Part shown: in pieces, positions 42,788-48,727 of the stretch | How positions within the stretch are numbered: position 1 is the stretch's first letter | Layout of the letters: every line of letters starts with the position of its first letter | Source: Chitinophagales bacterium | GTDB lineage: Bacteria > Bacteroidota > Bacteroidia > Chitinophagales > Saprospiraceae | Length of the DNA stretch: 48,727 nucleotides | Direction of reading: 5' to 3' | Assembly (NCBI GenBank): GCA_038249605.1 | Contig: JBBSDH010000001.1 | Span: 1-48,727 of the forward strand | Program-made: the position numbers and the translations under genes | The notes under the pieces: generated by a model | The model's database searches: none | Seen by the model: the letters and a program-made list of their open reading frames with translations, nothing else | What the model was told of the DNA's origin: nothing

Positions 42788-42834
42788 GCCCAACGTTTCA
42801 ACAGGCCATCTACGAAAATCGAATTTTTCAAAGC

Positions 42835-45018
42835 ATGAAACCTTTTTTCCTATTTCTCTTTCTTCCCCTCCACCTTTGGTCTCAATCTTTTACCCCTAAA
42901 GACATTGCCCGTTGGGAAAAACAAGCGCAAAACGTCACCGTCATCCGTGACAACTGGGGCATCCCGCACATTTACGGCAAAACCGACGCCGATGCTGTGT
43001 TTGGACTTTTGTACGCCCAATGCGAAGACGATTTCAAACGCGTGGAGATGAATTATGTGGAAAAGCTGGGCCGTTTGGCGGAAGTACAAGGAAAAGACAT
43101 GGTGTACAAAGACCTGCTCATACGCATGATCATCGATGCCGATGATGCAAAAAAGGACTACGACAAAGCGCCGGCGTGGTTGAAAAAACTGTGCAACGCT
43201 TTTGCCGACGGGGTAAATTATTACCTGTATACCCACCCCGATGTCAAACCGGCCCTACTCACACGTTTCGAGCCCTGGCACCCGTTTTTGTGGACCGACG
43301 GCAGCATAGGCGCCATCAGCACGGCCGATTTGACCGTAAACGAACTGAAAAGTTTTTATTCTGGAGCACCATCAACGTCGGCAGTTCCGGGGTTGGATGC
43401 CGATGAAAAATCCACCGGTTCGAACGGTTTTGCTTTTGCACCGAAAATTTCAGCGTCGGGCAAAGCCATGTTGTACATCAATCCGCACGTCACGTTTTAT
43501 TTCCGACCGGAGGTACACATGGTGAGCGAGGAGGGTTTGAACGTGTACGGAGCAGTTACGTGGGGACAGTTTTTCATTTACCAGGGTTTCAACGAGCATT
43601 GCGGCTGGATGCACACCAGCAGCGCCGTTGACGCCGCCGATACGTACATTGAAAAAGTTTCCAAAAAAGGTGATCAATGGGTGTATCAGTACGATGGTAA
43701 AGAAAAACCCGTGGTTTCCAAAAAGATCACGCTTTTGGCGAAAACCACCTCTGGTTTCGATACCACCCACATCAACGCTTTGTACACCCACCACGGCCCC
43801 ATCATGGCCAAACTCAACGGGCAGTGGCTGAGCCTGCGGGCCGACAACCGCATCACCAACGGCATCATCCAGTGCTGGCAACGCAACAAAGCCAAAGGAC
43901 TCGACGATTTCCAAAAAACACTCGACCTGAAAGGCAACATTTCCAACAACACCGTGTACGCCGATGCTTCCGGAAACATCGCCTACTGGCACGGGAACAG
44001 GATTCCTAGGCGGGATGTCAAATACGACTGGAGCAAAGCGGTAGACGGCACTACCACCGCCACCGAATGGCAGGGATACCACAATGTGTCGGAAACCGTA
44101 CACTGCATCAATCCGTCCAACGGCTGGTTGCAAAACTGTAACTCGACGCCATTTACCGTTGCAGGAGCGAATAGTCCGAAAAAAGCCGGATACCCCGACT
44201 ACATGGCGCCCGATGGCGAAAATTTTCGGGGCATCAACGCCGCCAGATTGCTCAACGAAAAATCCAGTTACACAATGGATGACGTCATCCTCGCCGGTTA
44301 CGACACCCGGATGGCGGCGTTTGAAATCCTTGTTCCGGCCCTTGTTTTGGCATTCAACCAGGTACCCTACGAAGATTCCTTGTTTGCCTTGCTGGCCGGT
44401 CCTGTCGCTGTTTTACAACGTTGGGATTATCGATGTGGAGAAAAATCCTTAGCCACAACGCTTGCTGTGGAGTGGGGACAACGCCTGTTGCCCGACATTG
44501 CCAAAACCGCCTTACCCCGCACGGAAAAGGGCGATTGGGTCCAAAAAACACAACTTTTTGCGGAGCGTGCATCGCCCAAAGCCTTGTTGTTGCCTTTGCT
44601 GGTCACCATCCGCGATCTGGAAAACAAATACGGCCGCTGGCAAATACCCTGGGGCGAAGTGAACCGTTTTCAAAGGATTTCATCCGACATCCAAAACCAA
44701 TTTGACGACAAGCAACCCAGCATACCCATAGCCTATACCGGCGGCAATTGGGGCACGCTTCCCAGCTATTACAGCAGCACGTTTCCCGATACGAAAAAAC
44801 GCTACGGCGAACACGGCAACAGTTTTGTTTGTGTGGTTGAATTTGGTGAAAAAGTAAAAGCCAAATCGTTGCTCGCCGGCGGGCAAAGCGGCGACGAAAG
44901 CTCGAAACATTTTTTCGATCAGGGAGAAATGTACCGCAAAGGACAGTTCAAAGATGTGTTGTTTTACCGGGAAGATGTGGTGAAAAATGCGAAGCGGACG
45001 TATAAACCGGGGAAGTGA
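42835..45018 (+). CDS. Penicillin acylase family (Ntn-hydrolase; AHL-acylase-like) protein
   Basis: A signal peptide is present. Family blocks are IIRDNWGIPHIYG and LYAQCEDDF. The predicted autoproteolytic site exposes the Ser nucleophile (GSNGFAFAP). The C-terminal block is GGQSGDESSKHFFDQ. Confidence 0.9.
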   Translation: MKPFFLFLFLPLHLWSQSFTPKDIARWEKQAQNVTVIRDNWGIPHIYGKTDADAVFGLLYAQCEDDFKRVEMNYVEKLGRLAEVQGKDMVYKDLLIRMIIDADDAKKDYDKAPAWLKKLCNAFADGVNYYLYTHPDVKPALLTRFEPWHPFLWTDGSIGAISTADLTVNELKSFYSGAPSTSAVPGLDADEKSTGSNGFAFAPKISASGKAMLYINPHVTFYFRPEVHMVSEEGLNVYGAVTWGQFFIYQGFNEHCGWMHTSSAVDAADTYIEKVSKKGDQWVYQYDGKEKPVVSKKITLLAKTTSGFDTTHINALYTHHGPIMAKLNGQWLSLRADNRITNGIIQCWQRNKAKGLDDFQKTLDLKGNISNNTVYADASGNIAYWHGNRIPRRDVKYDWSKAVDGTTTATEWQGYHNVSETVHCINPSNGWLQNCNSTPFTVAGANSPKKAGYPDYMAPDGENFRGINAARLLNEKSSYTMDDVILAGYDTRMAAFEILVPALVLAFNQVPYEDSLFALLAGPVAVLQRWDYRCGEKSLATTLAVEWGQRLLPDIAKTALPRTEKGDWVQKTQLFAERASPKALLLPLLVTIRDLENKYGRWQIPWGEVNRFQRISSDIQNQFDDKQPSIPIAYTGGNWGTLPSYYSSTFPDTKKRYGEHGNSFVCVVEFGEKVKAKSLLAGGQSGDESSKHFFDQGEMYRKGQFKDVLFYREDVVKNAKRTYKPGK

Positions 45019-45052
45019 GGCCTCTCTTATTCAATAGCATCATGATTTCATA

Positions 45053-45781
45053 ATGGCATTTGATGTGTGTAAATCCAATAGTATTCTAACGTTGTTACTT
45101 TTATCAGTTTTGGTTGGTTCTTGCATTTTCAAACTTCCCAACCTCACCGATAATGCCTATGAAAACATCAACGATGTATCCATTCGCCTGGTTGTCAGAA
45201 ATACAAAGGATTCTCTAGTTCGAACGGATTACGAAAAGCAGAACAATTTGCCCGGAAATATTTGCGCCAAACTGGAAACTGTTGACCAATTGGATTCCAA
45301 TAAAACCAACGGCGTGGCAATCCGGTTTTGGACGGAGGTAGTCATGAACGAACAAGGCACTTTTTATGGGGCTTTTCCAAAAAATGGAATGTTGGAAAAA
45401 ATCAGCAAACTGAATGTGATTTTATCTGCCAACCATTTAGAAAAAGACATTACCAAAGAACTCCTGGGAGACTCCACCATAACCGCATATGTTTGGAAAA
45501 AAAACACTTATAAAAAAGCGCCGACAAGTACATACATGCACAATGGCGGGCTGAAACCTGTCTATTTTGAAAATACAGAAGATTGCACAACCGGACTTAA
45601 CGAACGTGCAGATTCCCTGGAATGGGTCAGCCGTTACGATTATTTGTTTTGGTTCAACAACAAAATCCTAAGCACCCTTAATTTTGAACCAGAATGGTTG
45701 AAAATTCGGATGACTTTGACGGATTCAACATGTACCAAAAATAGAATTTTGACAGATAGCATAGCACTGGTAAAACATTAA
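45053..45781 (+). CDS. Hypothetical lipoprotein (AT-rich gene)
   Basis: The lipobox-like signal is LLLSVLVGSC. I recognise no family. It is markedly AT-richer than the flanking genes. Confidence 0.5.
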   Translation: MAFDVCKSNSILTLLLLSVLVGSCIFKLPNLTDNAYENINDVSIRLVVRNTKDSLVRTDYEKQNNLPGNICAKLETVDQLDSNKTNGVAIRFWTEVVMNEQGTFYGAFPKNGMLEKISKLNVILSANHLEKDITKELLGDSTITAYVWKKNTYKKAPTSTYMHNGGLKPVYFENTEDCTTGLNERADSLEWVSRYDYLFWFNNKILSTLNFEPEWLKIRMTLTDSTCTKNRILTDSIALVKH

Positions 45782-45854
45782 CGCCGATTTTGGAGGCTTT
45801 TCGGAAAAAAACTATTTACAACTTATTAAATAACATAAACTTACCAACTACCTC

Positions 45855-46346
45855 ATGCCTGATCAGGAAATCATTCAATACTACCTTTCCCACAAAAAAG
45901 GCATACCTGTTTTTGAATTGCTTTCTTCGGCAGCAAAAAATATGACAGATCAGGAAGGCGAAACCAATACCGTAGAATCCCTGAACCTACTTGCCGAAAA
46001 TATTAAAATAAATCAAAAATGGTGGTTGATGGATTCCCCCAGATACATCCGTTACCATGGATCGATTATCGGAATCCTGGAGTTTGTATGGATGGGCGAT
46101 ATGGTTGTTGAATTGCAGTATTCTGAAGGAATTTCAAAAATATTCCAAATCATTTCCAAAGGTTTTTTCAACAAATATTACACCTTGCTGGATGCTTCCG
46201 GTCAAATCCTTTTCACTATGGAAACGATTCAAGATGACAATGTCGTAACCTGCAAAAACGCTGTAGAAGAAAGTGTCGACCCCCAATTATTGCTTGCCCT
46301 TTTCGGGTACGGCATTTTCCTGATCCCGGATCGGCAAATGTCTTAG
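45855..46346 (+). CDS. Hypothetical protein (AT-rich gene) with a C-terminal hydrophobic helix
   Basis: A 163-aa clean ORF. There is only a faint resemblance to LURP-one/scramblase-like (tubby C-terminal fold) proteins: ..KYYTLLDASGQILFTMET.. plus the terminal helix LLLALFGYGIFLI. Confidence 0.45.
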   Translation: MPDQEIIQYYLSHKKGIPVFELLSSAAKNMTDQEGETNTVESLNLLAENIKINQKWWLMDSPRYIRYHGSIIGILEFVWMGDMVVELQYSEGISKIFQIISKGFFNKYYTLLDASGQILFTMETIQDDNVVTCKNAVEESVDPQLLLALFGYGIFLIPDRQMS

Positions 46347-46396
46347 CACTAACTTTACCTGCCACCCTTTATCGGCCAGACCCTTCATTGAAGCAT

Positions 46397-47482
46397 ATGA
46401 AACAAAACAAATTTTTTTCAGGACTCAAAGTGGTCGAATTCGCCAGCGTACTCGCCGGTCCAGCCGTGGGTATGTTTTTCGCCGAACTCGGCGCCGAAGT
46501 GGTAAAAATTGAAAACGCCACCACCGGCGGCGATGTAACCCGTGGCTGGAAATTGCCTTCGGAAAATCCTGAAAGCAAACATTCGGCGTATTTCGCCAGC
46601 GTAAACTGGGGTAAAAAACACCTCTTTCTCGACCTGAACAACACGGAAGACCTCGCACAGGCACGCGCTCTGGCGCTCGAAGCCGACGTTGTTTTGTCCA
46701 ACTTCAAAACTTCCGCCGCCAAACGGTACGGACTCGATGCTGATGCTTTACGGCATGACAATCCACGCCTTATATTTGCCAGCATCCAGGCTTTTGCCGA
46801 CCCCGACGACGAGCGTCCGGCCTTCGATGTGGTGCTCCAGGCTGAGGCAGGTTTTTTGTACATGACCGGCGAACCCAACCGTCCGCCCGTAAAAATGCCC
46901 GTAGCCCTCATCGACCTGTTGGCGGCCCACCAGCTTAAGGAAGGCATACTCCTCGCCCTGCTCCACCGCGAAGGCACCGGGGAAGGCAGCATGGTGAGCG
47001 TATCCTTGCTCGAAAGCGCCCTTGCGTCCCTCGCCAACCAGGCCACCAACTACCTGATGACCGGCCACATCCCGCAGCCCATGGGCACCCGTCACCCCAA
47101 CATTGCCCCCTACGGTGATGTTTTCGAGTGCTCCGACGGGGAACCGCTGTTGCTGGCCGTGGGCACAGAACGGCAGTTCAAAAACCTCTGTTCTGCCCTA
47201 AAATCCAAAACATTAAGCGCCGATGAACGTTTTGCAAACAACAGCGATCGTGTGCGCAACCGGGACTTGCTGAATGCGTATCTTGCCGACCTTTTCCGGC
47301 GCGATACTGCCGCAGCATGGCTCAATCTGATGAACCAATCGGGCATACCCGCCGCCCGCATCCGCAACATGCAAGCCGTGTTCGACATGCCCGAAGCCCG
47401 CCAAATGGTTCTGGAAAGCCAAACCGACGACGGACAAACGGCGAAATGCCTGCAAAGCGTTGCATTTAAATGGAAAACCTAA
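46397..47482 (+). CDS. CaiB/BaiF family III CoA-transferase
   Basis: FSGLKVVEFASVLAGPAVGMFFAELGAEVVKIE, NKKHLFLDL and later ..GHIPQPMGTRHPNIAPYG are present. The start was set to ATG 46397. Confidence 0.9.
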   Translation: MKQNKFFSGLKVVEFASVLAGPAVGMFFAELGAEVVKIENATTGGDVTRGWKLPSENPESKHSAYFASVNWGKKHLFLDLNNTEDLAQARALALEADVVLSNFKTSAAKRYGLDADALRHDNPRLIFASIQAFADPDDERPAFDVVLQAEAGFLYMTGEPNRPPVKMPVALIDLLAAHQLKEGILLALLHREGTGEGSMVSVSLLESALASLANQATNYLMTGHIPQPMGTRHPNIAPYGDVFECSDGEPLLLAVGTERQFKNLCSALKSKTLSADERFANNSDRVRNRDLLNAYLADLFRRDTAAAWLNLMNQSGIPAARIRNMQAVFDMPEARQMVLESQTDDGQTAKCLQSVAFKWKT

Positions 47483-47552
47483 ATCCTGAATAGATCCCTC
47501 ATAAAAAATTCGGGACAAATCCCGCAAATCTTCAAATCCTTGAATCCTGATC
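47481..47552. repeat. AAATCC-type degenerate repeat tract
   Basis: The tract reads AAATCCTG..GATCCCTC..CAAATCCCG CAAATCTT CAAATCCTT GAATCCTGATCTGAT and lies between the CoA-transferase and apbC genes. Confidence 0.65.
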
Positions 47553-47556
47553 TGAT

Positions 47557-48645
47557 ATGGAACTCATCAAATTATACGAAGCCCTGCGCAACGTGCGCGA
47601 CCCACAAACCGGACAGGACGTTGTCGCTGTAGGAATGGTTCAGGATCTTGAAATCGATGGCAACAACGTCAATTTCAAAATCATGGTGCCGTCGCTGCAA
47701 ATGCAAGGCAAGGCCGAACTCAATTTCGCCTGCATGGGCGCCATCCTGGAATTGTATCCGCAAGCCAACGTGAACGCGCATTTTGTGGCGCGTGCACCGG
47801 GCAGCGGCGACAATGCCAGCATTGTGCCCCACATTAAAAACATCATCGCCGTGGCCTCCGGCAAAGGCGGCGTGGGCAAAAGCACCGTGGCCGTGAATCT
47901 CGCGCTTGGTTTGAAAAAACTCGGCGCACGCGTGGGCCTCATGGACGCCGACGTGTATGGCCCAAGTATACCCACCATGCTTGGACTGCAGGGACAACGC
48001 CCGAAAGTACAGGACGTCACCGGTAAAATGAAAATGGTGCCCCTGATGGCCTACGACATGCCCAGTATAAGCATCGGCAACATCATCGAAGCCGAACAGG
48101 CAGTGGTGCTCCGCGGTCCCAGGCTCGCTGCTGTCATCAAGCAGTTTTTCAACGAAGTCATCTGGCCGGAACTCGATTTCCTCATCATCGACCTACCGCC
48201 GGGTACCGGCGATATACAACTCACGCTCGTACAAACGGTGCCCGTCACCGGCGTGGTGCTCGTCACCACGCCCCAGGACGTGGCCTTGGCCGACGCGGTG
48301 AAAGCCATGAACATGTTCCTGCTGCCGCAAATCAACGTGCCCATCCTCGGCGTGGTGGAAAACATGGCCTGGTTCACCCCGGCTGAACTGCCCGAGAACA
48401 AATACTTCATCTTCGGACAAGGCGGCGGCAAAAAACTCGCCCTCTTGAGCAATTCTGTGTTGTTGGGCCAGGTTCCTCTCGTTCAGGGCATCCGCGAAAG
48501 CGGTGATGCAGGCCAGCCGGCAGTAATCATCGATGGAACACCCCAATCGGAAGCTTTTCTAAAAGTGGCGCAAAACGTGCTGCGCCAGGTGGCTGTGCGC
48601 AACGAAATGCTTGCGCCGAGCAAGGTGGTGGGCGTTGGAATGTGA
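47557..48645 (+). CDS. apbC: Mrp/NBP35 (ApbC) family iron-sulfur cluster carrier ATPase with an N-terminal DUF59-like domain
   Basis: The N-terminus is LRNVRDPQTGQDVVAVGMV. The deviant Walker A is ASGKGGVGKST, followed by DLPPGTGD and VENMAWF. Confidence 0.9.
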   Translation: MELIKLYEALRNVRDPQTGQDVVAVGMVQDLEIDGNNVNFKIMVPSLQMQGKAELNFACMGAILELYPQANVNAHFVARAPGSGDNASIVPHIKNIIAVASGKGGVGKSTVAVNLALGLKKLGARVGLMDADVYGPSIPTMLGLQGQRPKVQDVTGKMKMVPLMAYDMPSISIGNIIEAEQAVVLRGPRLAAVIKQFFNEVIWPELDFLIIDLPPGTGDIQLTLVQTVPVTGVVLVTTPQDVALADAVKAMNMFLLPQINVPILGVVENMAWFTPAELPENKYFIFGQGGGKKLALLSNSVLLGQVPLVQGIRESGDAGQPAVIIDGTPQSEAFLKVAQNVLRQVAVRNEMLAPSKVVGVGM

Positions 48646-48649
48646 AAAA

Positions 48650-48727
48650 GTTTAAAGTTTAAAGTTTAAAGTTTAAAGTTTAAAGTTTAAAGTTTAAAGT
48701 TTAAAGTTTAAAGTTTAAAGTTTAAAG
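48650..48727. repeat. Perfect heptanucleotide tandem repeat (GTTTAAA)n, at least 11 copies, running off the window end
   Basis: It starts 4 nt after the apbC TGA. The 78 nt show perfect 7-nt periodicity to the last base of the window. Confidence 0.95.

Overview
This 48.7-kb chromosomal segment looks like Bacteroidota. Two proteins carry T9SS-type C-terminal sorting domains, DUF1573/DUF1080/DUF4296-type genes are present, TAnnTTTG -7 promoter boxes recur, and Shine-Dalgarno sequences are almost absent. I call about 42 protein genes. Many are housekeeping: acs, dapB, ftsE-like, sucC, rlmH, trxA, nnr, apbC/mrp and a futalosine-hydrolase-like gene. Accessory functions include a C39-peptidase ABC exporter with a HlyD partner, two SGNH hydrolases, an OmpR/HK two-component pair, a five-haem cytochrome c with a T9SS tail, a choice-of-anchor-B/LVIVD surface protein, GH3, a NamZ-like DUF1343 protein, a penicillin/AHL-acylase family protein, a SWIM zinc-finger protein and a long RluA-family protein. 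Several gene pairs overlap by 4 nt (ATGA/GTGA), which suggests translational coupling. I recognised no rRNA, tRNA, CRISPR array or transposase gene. The most unusual content is non-coding. (1) A 1.17-kb ORF-free gap (14.76-15.93 kb) holds four same-strand copies of a 14-nt motif, two terminator-capped units, a duplicated 61-nt upstream module and an orphan minus-strand terminator; this is a candidate small-RNA or micro-peptide cluster. (2) A 272-nt foldback (MITE-like) element sits inside a heptamer-repeat tract. (3) Perfect heptanucleotide tandem arrays start at or within a few nt of three stop codons. (4) GGATTT/AAATCC-rich tracts are dispersed through intergenic DNA. (5) A two-hairpin leader has 10-nt complementary loops of SD and anti-SD sequence. 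All calls come from reading the sequence and the ORF translations by eye. No database search was run.
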